From Sedimenticolaceae bacterium (GTDB lineage Bacteria > Pseudomonadota > Gammaproteobacteria > Chromatiales > Chromatiaceae), in assembly GCA_049669185.1 (NCBI GenBank), contig JBATKF010000505.1, forward strand, positions 6,547 to 70,546: DNA of 64,000 nt. The letters are read 5' to 3'. The notes beneath the pieces are model-generated. The model saw only the letters and a program-made list of their open reading frames with translations, was not told the DNA's origin and made no database searches. Position 1 is the stretch's first letter; the number at the start of each line of letters is the position of its first letter. Made by a program: the position numbers and the translations under genes. Below, in pieces: positions 26,706 to 36,298 of the stretch.

Positions 26706-28618
26706 CTTTCCAACAGCTCCCAACGCTTAAAGGCCTGCGCAAGCTGTTGCTCAATCTGCTGCATGCGGTCGTTCAAATCACTCACCCTGTCGGACGGTTC
26801 ACGGTAGAGATCGGGATCGCCGAGCGCCGCACGGATCGTGTCGAGTTCGCCCTCCAGCGCCTCGATGCGCCCCGGCAGCTGATCGAGCTCGCGCTGATCC
26901 TTGTAGCTGAGTTTTTTCGGCCTGGCGCTGTCGTCCGGCCCAGGCCGCGGGAGTTGCGCCGCTGGCGCCGGCTTTTCCGCGGCCAACTGGACGCTGGGCT
27001 TGCGCTTGGCGGGGAGCGAATCCGGGCGACGCTGGCGCAGCCAGTCCTGGTAGCCGCCGACATAGGCATTCACCAGACCATCACCCTCGAATACCAGGGT
27101 ACTGGTGACGACATTGTCGAGAAAGGCGCGATCGTGACTGACCAGGAGCAGCGTGCCATCGAACTCCAGCAGCAGTTCCTCGAGTAGCTCGAGCGTCTCC
27201 AGATCGAGATCGTTGGTCGGTTCGTCCATCACCAGCAGGTTGGCCGGACGGGTAAACAGCTTGGCCAACAGCAGACGATTGTGCTCGCCACCAGACAGCG
27301 CCTTGGCAGGTTGACGGCAGCGCTGGGGCGGGAACAAAAAATCCTGCAGGTAGCTGATGACGTGCTTTTCCTTGCCGTTGATGCTGACCTTGTCGCTGCC
27401 GCCGGCGACATTGTCGAGCACGGTCTTCTCCAGATCGAGCTGGTCACGCAGCTGGTCGAAGTAAGCGATCTCAGATCGGCTGCCGATCTCGATGCTCCCG
27501 TGGTCGGGCTCGAGTCTGCCCAGCAGGAGGTTGAGCAGGGTCGACTTTCCACAGCCGTTGGGGCCGATGATGCCGATGCGGTCACCACGCAGTATGGTGG
27601 TTGAGAAGTCCCGGATGATCGGTCGACCGTGCCATGCATAGCTTACGTTGGTCGCCTCGCAGACCAGCTTGCCCGAGACTTCGCCCCTGTTCATCGCCAG
27701 TCTCGCCGTGCCCTGCCGGCTACGCCGCTCCCCGTACTCGCGCCGCATCGCTTCGAGCCGTCGTACCCGCCCCTCATTGCGCGTGCGACGCGCCTTGATG
27801 CCCTGGCGTACCCAGACCTCTTCCTGCGCCAGACGCTTGTCGAAACGCGCCTGGGCCTGGGCCTCGGCGTTGTCCATTTCGTCGCGCCGGCGGAGGTAGT
27901 TCTGGTAATCGCCGGGGAAATCAGTGATCTTGCCGCGGTCCAGCTCGACGATGCGCGTTGCGAGACGCTGCAGAAAGCCCCGGTCGTGGGTGATGAAGAC
28001 CAGCGTCCCCGGCCAGTTCAGCAGAAACTCCTCCAGCCAGGTGATGGATTCCACGTCGAGATGATTGGTCGGTTCGTCCAGGAGCAAGAGCTGCGGATCG
28101 GCGGCCAGCGCCCGCGCCAGCAAGACACGCCGCTTCATACCGCCGGACAGGGCGTCGAAGGCGTCCTCGGCGGACAGCGCCAGACGGGAGATCACGCGCT
28201 CGACCTGTTGTTCGATGCGCCAGCCGTCCGCCGCCTCGAGCTCGTGCTGGATGCGCGCCAGATGCGTCAGTGCGGCCTCGTCGGCGTCCTCGACCAGCGC
28301 CAGACTCGCGGCATGGTACTGCTTGATCAGCTCCGCTGTGTCGCCGACGCCGTCGGCCACCACCTCGAATACGCTGCCGTGCAGCTGCTCCGGCACTGCC
28401 TGCGTCAGACGCGCGATGCGCACGCCCTGGGTGACCACGCGCATGCCGTCATCGGCCTTCAGTTCGCCTGCGATGAGCTTGAGCAGCGTCGATTTGCCCT
28501 CGCCGTTGCGGCCGAGCAGGCAGATGCGCTCGCCGGCCTCGATCGCCAGATCGATACCATCGATCAACGGCGGATCACCGTAGCTCAGGTGCAGGTCACG
28601 CAGTGTCAGGATTGCCAT
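26702..28618 (-). CDS. uup: ABC-F ATPase, Uup-like
   Basis: Two ABC cassettes (GRNGEGKST / LSGGMKRRVLLA; GPNGCGKST / LSGGEHNRLLLA) and a C-terminal coiled-coil tail. The start was moved to MAILTLRDLHLSYG. Its stop overlaps the ams stop by 4 nt. Confidence 0.9.
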   Translation of the reverse strand: MAILTLRDLHLSYGDPPLIDGIDLAIEAGERICLLGRNGEGKSTLLKLIAGELKADDGMRVVTQGVRIARLTQAVPEQLHGSVFEVVADGVGDTAELIKQYHAASLALVEDADEAALTHLARIQHELEAADGWRIEQQVERVISRLALSAEDAFDALSGGMKRRVLLARALAADPQLLLLDEPTNHLDVESITWLEEFLLNWPGTLVFITHDRGFLQRLATRIVELDRGKITDFPGDYQNYLRRRDEMDNAEAQAQARFDKRLAQEEVWVRQGIKARRTRNEGRVRRLEAMRREYGERRSRQGTARLAMNRGEVSGKLVCEATNVSYAWHGRPIIRDFSTTILRGDRIGIIGPNGCGKSTLLNLLLGRLEPDHGSIEIGSRSEIAYFDQLRDQLDLEKTVLDNVAGGSDKVSINGKEKHVISYLQDFLFPPQRCRQPAKALSGGEHNRLLLAKLFTRPANLLVMDEPTNDLDLETLELLEELLLEFDGTLLLVSHDRAFLDNVVTSTLVFEGDGLVNAYVGGYQDWLRQRRPDSLPAKRKPSVQLAAEKPAPAAQLPRPGPDDSARPKKLSYKDQRELDQLPGRIEALEGELDTIRAALGDPDLYREPSDRVSDLNDRMQQIEQQLAQAFKRWELLES

Positions 28619-28777
28619 CGGGACCGAATCCTGACACAAAGTGCATCTCGTCGGGTCATCAGATACCCATATCGCCAACACCGGTCCAGCACAGGCTATC
28701 GGCAAGTACCTGAAATCGCATGGTATCTGGCGCTATTAGAAGTATCTCTTAACGTACTTAAAAGCTAAAATACAGCA

Positions 28778-29485
28778 ATGAAGGGAAAAGTGGCTTTCAG
28801 AGAGGCGTGGTCCGGCGAGGCCGACTGCAAGAATTGCGCGCTGCGCGATTCGGTGCTGTTCGCCGGTCTGCAGGAAACGGATTTCGAGAAAATCCACCAG
28901 CCGATCAATCAGTTCTTACTGCAACCCGGCCACGTCCTCTATCACGCGGGCGACCAGGGCGACCGTCTGTTTACCGTCCGCAGCGGTCTGATCAAGCTCG
29001 TGCAATACCTCCCGGACGGCTCGCAACGCATCGTCCGTCTGGTGCGCAAGACCGATGTCACCGGTCTGGAGGCGCTCCTCGGCAAACCCTATCAGCATGA
29101 TGCGCTGGTTATGCAGCCGACGGAGATCTGCTGCCTGCCGGTGTCGACCGTGCGGGCATTGAGCAAAGACAACCCCGACCTGCACATCGAGCTGCTCAAT
29201 CGCTGGCATCGCGCGCTGAGCGAAGCGGATGCCTGGCTGACCGAGCTGTCCACCGGTCCGGCCAAGGAACGTATCGGACGGCTGCTGCTGCGGCTGGTGC
29301 AAGGCGAAGACCCGCCGGTGTGCACGCTGTTCGGGCGCGAGGACCTGGGGGCGATGCTTGCCATCACCACCGAGACCGCCAGCCGCACCATTGCCGAGTT
29401 TAGACGCAAGGGCCTGTTGACCGACCTGGGCAGCAACCGCTTCGCCGTCGACAAGGTGCAGCTCGAGGTGCTGCTGAACGACTGA
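28778..29485 (+). CDS. Crp/Fnr-family transcriptional regulator
   Basis: 235 aa with a cNMP-binding-like beta-roll and a C-terminal HTH (ETASRTIAEFRRKGLL). The N-terminal CKNC pair is only partly FNR-like. Confidence 0.85.
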   Translation: MKGKVAFREAWSGEADCKNCALRDSVLFAGLQETDFEKIHQPINQFLLQPGHVLYHAGDQGDRLFTVRSGLIKLVQYLPDGSQRIVRLVRKTDVTGLEALLGKPYQHDALVMQPTEICCLPVSTVRALSKDNPDLHIELLNRWHRALSEADAWLTELSTGPAKERIGRLLLRLVQGEDPPVCTLFGREDLGAMLAITTETASRTIAEFRRKGLLTDLGSNRFAVDKVQLEVLLND

Positions 29486-29503
29486 GAGGCCACAAAGCGC
29501 AGC

Positions 29504-30007
29504 CTACATGGACATCTCGAGATCGGTCTGCACTGCCTCCACACCCGCCTGCGCACACTCCTGATCCGTCTCACCACTCGGTGCGCCAGATACACCAACC
29601 CCCCCCAGCAGAGATCCGCCCACCTCGATGGGCACACCGCCCGCCGACATCACCACGCCGGGCACGCGGCCGATGGGCGTATTGGCGCGCGCGCTCAGTT
29701 CCGATGTCGGGACATTGAACATCACTGCGGCATAGGCCTTGCCTTGCGAGATCTGCAGGGTGATCACCGGCGCGATGGTATCGCGCATCACCGCCTGCGG
29801 GACGCCGTCGCGGTCGACGACCGTAACGCCGATCTGGATCCCCTTACCACGACAGGCCTCGACGGCCGCTTTGGCGACCGTCGCTGCGGTCTCCATCGAC
29901 ATGCGCTTGACCTGAATCACCATGTTGTCTTCGGCAATGGCGGCGCCGGTGGCAAAGGTGCCGGCGAGCACTCCGGCGAACAAAACAGACAGGAACGGCT
30001 TTTTCAC
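29504..30007 (-). CDS. GlcG/HbpS-like (DUF336) protein, exported
   Basis: 167 aa with a signal peptide plus VTVVDRDG...A......KAYAA...GGVPI..GG..LGGVGVSGA, which is typical of DUF336. Confidence 0.8.
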   Translation of the reverse strand: MKKPFLSVLFAGVLAGTFATGAAIAEDNMVIQVKRMSMETAATVAKAAVEACRGKGIQIGVTVVDRDGVPQAVMRDTIAPVITLQISQGKAYAAVMFNVPTSELSARANTPIGRVPGVVMSAGGVPIEVGGSLLGGVGVSGAPSGETDQECAQAGVEAVQTDLEMSM

Positions 30008-30227
30008 AGAATCCCCCTCGTTCGGATTGGAAAGTTCGGCAATACGCCCTTACACCACGCGGGCCACAGTCAAGGCGCGGATTCGAGCAAGCCCTTCGCC
30101 ACCCTGCGGTGGGAGCCCTGTGCCTGCGCTTGGATGTTGATTGTTTATGGCCCGCGCGACAGACGCAACCCCAGCAGAATCGACATAATCGGGTCGGCAG
30201 TCACCACCAGGCGCTGCGGGATTTGCA

Positions 30228-31466
30228 TCAGGATTGTGTGCGACCACCGCCGTAGTGGCTGCGGACATAGTCATCCACGATCGCCTGGAACTCCACGGCG
30301 ATGTTGTCGCCCTTGAGGGTGACCGTTTTTTCACCATCCACGTACACGGGTGCGGCTGGCTGCTCGCCGGTGCCGGGAAGACTGATCCCGATATTGGCAT
30401 GCTTGCTCTCGCCCGGCCCATTGACGACGCAGCCCATCACGGCGACATCCATCTCCTCGACACCAGGGTAGTGCTCACGCCACAGCGGCATCTGCTCGCG
30501 CAGATAGCGCTGTATGTCCTGCGCCAGCTGTTGAAAATAGGTGCTGGTGGTGCGTCCACATCCAGGGCAGGCAATGACCATCGGCGTGAATGCGCGCAGC
30601 CCCATCGACTGCAGGATCTCCTGCGCAACCCGCACCTCCTGGCTACGGTCGCCACCGGGTTCAGGGGTCAGTGAGATGCGGATGGTGTCACCGACGCCTT
30701 GTTGCAGCAGCACTGCAAGCGCCGCGGTCGAGGCCACGATGCCCTTCGAGCCCATGCCGGCCTCGGTGAGCCCGAGGTGCAGGGCGTAGTCACAACGCGC
30801 CGCCAGCTGACTGTACACACTGATCAGATCCTGCACGCCGCTCATTTTGCAGGACAGAATGATGCGGTCGCGCCCGAGTCCAAGCGCCTCGGCCCTGGCC
30901 GCACTCTGCAGCGCCGAGGTGACCATGATCTCGCGCGTCATCTGATCGGCGTCCAGCGGCTCCGGTGAGCGCGCGTTTTCGTCCATCATCTGCGCTATCA
31001 GGCCCTTGTCCAGCGAGCCCCAATTGACCCCGATACGCACCGCCTTGTCGTTGGCGATAGCCGTCTCGATCATGGTTGCGAACTGGGCGTCGCGCTTGGC
31101 GCCGCTGCCGACATTGCCGGGGTTGATGCGATATTTGGCCAACGCGCGGGCACATTCCGGAAACTCGCTCAGCAGACGGTGGCCGTTGTAATGGAAGTCG
31201 CCGACCAGGGGCACCGTGACGCCGCGCTTGTCCAATCCCTCACGAATCGCCGGCACTGCGCGCGCCGCCTGTTCGTTGTTGACGGTAATCCGCACCAGCT
31301 CCGAACCTGCACGGGAGAGATCGGCGACCTGGGCGACGGTACCGGGGATGTCGGCGGTATCGGTGTTGGTCATCGACTGGACCACGATCGGCGCATCACC
31401 GCCAACCTCTACGTTGCCGACGCGTACCGGGATCGTACGATGTCGCTGGATCTTGAAAAGACTCAT
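30228..31466 (-). CDS. ispG: 4-hydroxy-3-methylbut-2-en-1-yl diphosphate synthase
   Basis: The start was moved to [35 protein letters not shown]. The C-terminal FeS ligands lie in ACPGCGRT and GCVVNGPGE. Confidence 0.95.
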   Translation of the reverse strand: MSLFKIQRHRTIPVRVGNVEVGGDAPIVVQSMTNTDTADIPGTVAQVADLSRAGSELVRITVNNEQAARAVPAIREGLDKRGVTVPLVGDFHYNGHRLLSEFPECARALAKYRINPGNVGSGAKRDAQFATMIETAIANDKAVRIGVNWGSLDKGLIAQMMDENARSPEPLDADQMTREIMVTSALQSAARAEALGLGRDRIILSCKMSGVQDLISVYSQLAARCDYALHLGLTEAGMGSKGIVASTAALAVLLQQGVGDTIRISLTPEPGGDRSQEVRVAQEILQSMGLRAFTPMVIACPGCGRTTSTYFQQLAQDIQRYLREQMPLWREHYPGVEEMDVAVMGCVVNGPGESKHANIGISLPGTGEQPAAPVYVDGEKTVTLKGDNIAVEFQAIVDDYVRSHYGGGRTQS

Positions 31467-31586
31467 CGCTTGAGCACCCGCCGCTGGCCCGAACACAGGG
31501 GAACAGCATAGCAAACGCCGGCCTGGGCTTACCCGCGCTCTGCGCGGGGTCCCACAAGCCCCCGCCGGGGCGGGGCCGCAAGCGCG

Positions 31587-32870
<1,284 letters not shown>

Positions 32871-33093
32871 CTAAAGTTGTTTCATTCGGTATTCGCGACG
32901 CCGCGAGACGTGTACGGGAAAATGCTTTCCGCAATCGTCGATCGACGCCGATCCGAGTGCAGCGGCGTCACAGCCGGCGTTCGGCGGATTCTTTATTCTT
33001 TTGCGCCCAGTCTGAAAAAAGTATCCCATAGCGAATCGGGGCCATAGGGAGGCTTTTTCGGCAGAAAGTTGGCCCAGATCAGTGATGCGCGCG

Positions 33094-33120
33094 AAAAAAA
33101 CCGGCCACTGGGGCCGGTTT
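33094..33120 (-). terminator. Intrinsic terminator of the DUF302 gene
   Basis: On the minus strand: AAACCGGCC-CCAGT-GGCCGGTTT followed by TTTT, 24 nt downstream of the stop. Confidence 0.8.
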
Positions 33121-33143
33121 CATCGCCGTGACGGGCGCGCCGG

Positions 33144-33671
33144 TCAAAGTGCGCCGTTTACCCCGGCATCGACGATCTCGTAGATGGTGTCCCGCACCTG
33201 CTGCGCCAGCGGCTGCAGATCCTCCGGCAGATCGACAGCGTGCAGCATCATGTCCATGTTCATGGTCACTATCCAGCCCTTGCCGTTGCTGTCTTCAAGC
33301 ACCGCCACACGACAAGGGAGGAAACCGGCGAAAATGATGTTGTACTCGACCATCTTCTTGGCGATCAGGGCGTCGCAGAATGCCAGGATGCGCATGTAGT
33401 TGGCATCTTGTCCCATGGCCTGGACCTGTTCGGACAACGGCAGATCGGCCACCATCTTGAAATTGAGCATGTTGGCGCGTAGCTGCATTGACTCGATCGC
33501 ATCGTCGACGCTGACATCCTCGGCCAGTTCGAACCGCTGAATGCTGTTATCGATCATCTGCCTGGCGATCGTCTTGTCGAACGGCGGTTTCTCGATCTCT
33601 TTTTTGCTGCCAGCCTGGGTCAGGCCGGTCATAGCGAGGACCAGGGTCAAGGTAAGGATGAATTTTGTCAT
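33144..33671 (-). CDS. DUF302 domain protein, exported
   Basis: The start was moved to MTKFILTLTLVLAMTGLTQA (signal peptide). The DUF302 core is ...ILAFCDALIAKKMVE...FLPCRVAVLED. Confidence 0.82.
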   Translation of the reverse strand: MTKFILTLTLVLAMTGLTQAGSKKEIEKPPFDKTIARQMIDNSIQRFELAEDVSVDDAIESMQLRANMLNFKMVADLPLSEQVQAMGQDANYMRILAFCDALIAKKMVEYNIIFAGFLPCRVAVLEDSNGKGWIVTMNMDMMLHAVDLPEDLQPLAQQVRDTIYEIVDAGVNGAL

Positions 33672-33873
33672 TCGGTTCTTCCTCGTGGCGTCTGCGGACG
33701 CCGACATCGGTGATGGATTGGGTGCCGCGTGACCGTCCGCTTGACGGGACCAGCAGCGGCGAGCCTGCGCCGAGATTGTAAACGATGCGACGCCCGCATG
33801 CGTCGCAAACAGCACAATGCTGCGACGTTCGGGCAGCAGATCGAACGAGACAGGACGGCTTGCGCGGACCCGG

Positions 33874-35577
33874 CTATCCGCGATTGCGCTGCGCCAGACG
33901 ACGCCATAGCCAACTCTGCGGGAGGTCGCGTCCGGTCTTCACATAGTCCAGGGTATGCCGGTGCGAAACCGTCCACTGCATGCGGGTGAAGGCCGCGCGG
34001 TTACCGCAGACCAACAGTCGGTCGCCGGCCTTTAGCGCATCCTGCGGGTCCGGCAGCAGAATGCGGTCGTTGCGCCGCCGGACAAGCAACACAATCGCCT
34101 TTAACTCGCGCTCGCGCTGCCAGGGATCGCGCAACAGATCGGCGACGCTGAACTGTCCGCCCTGTATCAGGTAGTCCTGGAGCGCGCTCGGTTCGCCCTG
34201 ATCGAGCGACCACTCGTGGATTTCCGGCACCTCATCGCCCACCAGGGCACTGACGCGACTCGCCAGCTCACAAGCCCAGCTCTCATCCTGGTAGAGCGCC
34301 AGCGAGATAAATTCATACAGCATCGGTGTCGCCAGCAGCACCCGGATCTTGTCGGCGATAATCGCACTGGGATGCATCACCATGTCGGCATCCACTGCGG
34401 CGATAATGTCGCGATTATCGGCCTGGTTCTGCCTCACCACGGCGAACACCGACAAATTGAGTTCACGTGCCGTCATCACGATGGAAAGGTTGTTCGCATC
34501 ATTGTCGGTGCCGGCCACGAGCCCGGCCGCGTTTTCGATATCGGCCTGCTGCAGCGTCTCGGCCTCGGTGCCGAGGCCTGTCACCAGCTTGGTATCCGGC
34601 TGCCCGGTGACCTCCGGTCTGGCCTCGATCACGACGACCTCGATGCCTTCAGCCTTCAGCCGCCGGCAGATGGCTTTGCCGAAGCGCCCATAGCCGCAAA
34701 CGATCCAATGCCCGTCCTGCGGTGGATACACGGGCTCGCTCAACATTGCACCCTCGCGGCCGGTCAGCCAGCGCTGCAACAGGTACAGACAAGGCGCCTG
34801 AAAGGCGACTGCCAGGTGGGCAGCAAAGGTGTCGAAGGGATCCACGATGTGGTCGGTTCCGAACGACGCCATATTGGCCTCGATATCGTGAGAATCAGCA
34901 CGGCTGATCACCTTGATTTTGGGATTGAGCAGCTTGGCAGTGATCGCGACCTTAAGGTTGACCTCGTTGTCGTCGGTCAAGGCAACCACACCGGCACAGC
35001 AGCGGTGCTGCAGCCCAGCCTCCTGCAGATAGCGGGTAACCGCGGCATCACCGTTCAGCGCAGGGACGAATTCACGCAGCTCCTGCAACTGAATGACGCT
35101 GGTGCGTGCCTCGTCGATATCGATCACTACCGCATGTTGACCGCGCTCGGTGAGCGACTGCACCAGCGCCGTCCCGGTCTCGCCATAACCACACACGAGG
35201 TGGAAGGGCTCGCGCATGGCGCGGATACGTCCGGCAAAGCGATACTCCGCAAGGGCATCCTGAAAGGTGCGGTCCTGCACCAAGGTGAGGATCGTACCGA
35301 AGGCGTAGATCCAGGCGATCACCGAGGCGTAAAGCGAAAGACTTACCCAAAGACGCTGCGCGTCGGAGAAGGCATAGGGAATCTCGCCGAAACCGATGGT
35401 GGTCGCCATGTAACTGACGAAATAGAAGGCATGAAAGATGCTCATGTACCAGACATTGCCATCGGCGTCGCGCCCCGGGATCAGGGTCAGACCGCTGATG
35501 GAGACGGCGTATACGACCAGCAGCGTCAGCAGCGGCTGGCGCATGCGGCGCAGGATCAGGAAGACGATGGTTTCCAT
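33874..35577 (-). CDS. Potassium channel protein with tandem RCK/TrkA-N domains
   Basis: 567 aa with a 2-TM pore module carrying filter-like TTIGFGE, followed by two GYGxxG NAD-fold RCK domains and a TrkA-C-like end. Confidence 0.85.
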   Translation of the reverse strand: METIVFLILRRMRQPLLTLLVVYAVSISGLTLIPGRDADGNVWYMSIFHAFYFVSYMATTIGFGEIPYAFSDAQRLWVSLSLYASVIAWIYAFGTILTLVQDRTFQDALAEYRFAGRIRAMREPFHLVCGYGETGTALVQSLTERGQHAVVIDIDEARTSVIQLQELREFVPALNGDAAVTRYLQEAGLQHRCCAGVVALTDDNEVNLKVAITAKLLNPKIKVISRADSHDIEANMASFGTDHIVDPFDTFAAHLAVAFQAPCLYLLQRWLTGREGAMLSEPVYPPQDGHWIVCGYGRFGKAICRRLKAEGIEVVVIEARPEVTGQPDTKLVTGLGTEAETLQQADIENAAGLVAGTDNDANNLSIVMTARELNLSVFAVVRQNQADNRDIIAAVDADMVMHPSAIIADKIRVLLATPMLYEFISLALYQDESWACELASRVSALVGDEVPEIHEWSLDQGEPSALQDYLIQGGQFSVADLLRDPWQRERELKAIVLLVRRRNDRILLPDPQDALKAGDRLLVCGNRAAFTRMQWTVSHRHTLDYVKTGRDLPQSWLWRRLAQRNRG

Positions 35578-35597
35578 GCGTCCGTTCAGCCGGCCGA

Positions 35598-35981
35598 TCA
35601 GCGACGCAGCATGACGGTCTCGATAATGAGCAGGATCACGGAGATCACGTTGGCGAGCATTGCGCCGCCAGTCAGTGAGACGATGCTCGACATCACCACC
35701 GGCGTCAGACCGCTGCCCGCCACATGCACGGCGAAGGTCCAGACCACGGCGGCGGCTATCAACTGCAGGATGGCGACCAGACTGGTGGCCAGGAGCAGCG
35801 CACCCATCTGGCTGCGGTCGCCGAACTTGAGCACCGTGGCAATCAGGTTGACGACGATCACCGCGAACAGTTCGTAGACATGATGGTGATCAGGATTCTC
35901 GATCTCACCGACGAAGAAGCCAAAATTCAGCGTCAGTGCCAGTACGATGAAAAAACCGAAAACGACCTTTTCCGGGTTCAT
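35598..35981 (-). CDS. Hypothetical 4-TM membrane protein, co-oriented upstream of the K+ channel gene
   Basis: 127 aa with four hydrophobic segments, 20 nt upstream of the channel gene. I cannot name the family with confidence. Confidence 0.62.
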   Translation of the reverse strand: MNPEKVVFGFFIVLALTLNFGFFVGEIENPDHHHVYELFAVIVVNLIATVLKFGDRSQMGALLLATSLVAILQLIAAAVVWTFAVHVAGSGLTPVVMSSIVSLTGGAMLANVISVILLIIETVMLRR

Positions 35982-36057
35982 GAAGACTCTCCGATCGAGC
36001 GTGCGGATACCTGTTGCCGAACCTTATTAAAACACGCCGCGACAGGCACCCGGCCCA

Positions 36058-36078
36058 TGCGTTACTTTTAGTAACACA
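36058..36078. promoter_or_regulatory. Palindrome TGCGTTAC-N5-GTAACACA upstream of the sensor-kinase operon
   Basis: GTTAC (36061-65) and GTAAC (36071-75) are separated by 5 nt, 23 nt upstream of the small ORF ATG. The same GTTAC-N5-GTAAC core recurs at 40675-40689. Confidence 0.4.
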
Positions 36079-36100
36079 ATGGTACTGCTAGGCTCTCGAT

Positions 36101-36298
36101 ATGCTCCCACCGCGATTTCCGATCAGTAAAGAACTCGCCGTCATCCTCGGCGCGCTGCTTCTGCTGTTCTTCGTCAGTCCGGTGGCCGGCTGGTGGGCAA
36201 CCCCGGCCATCGGTTGGACGACACCCTATCTGTTGTGGCTGCTGGTGATTATCGGGGCGGCGTTGATCCACCGGCGGGACGACTCTGATGGGTCATGA
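36101..36298 (+). CDS. Small 2-TM membrane protein translationally coupled to the sensor kinase (CbrX-like arrangement)
   Basis: 65 aa with two hydrophobic helices. Its TGA (36296-98) lies 11 nt inside the kinase ORF, which starts at ATG 36288. Confidence 0.55.
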   Translation: MLPPRFPISKELAVILGALLLLFFVSPVAGWWATPAIGWTTPYLLWLLVIIGAALIHRRDDSDGS

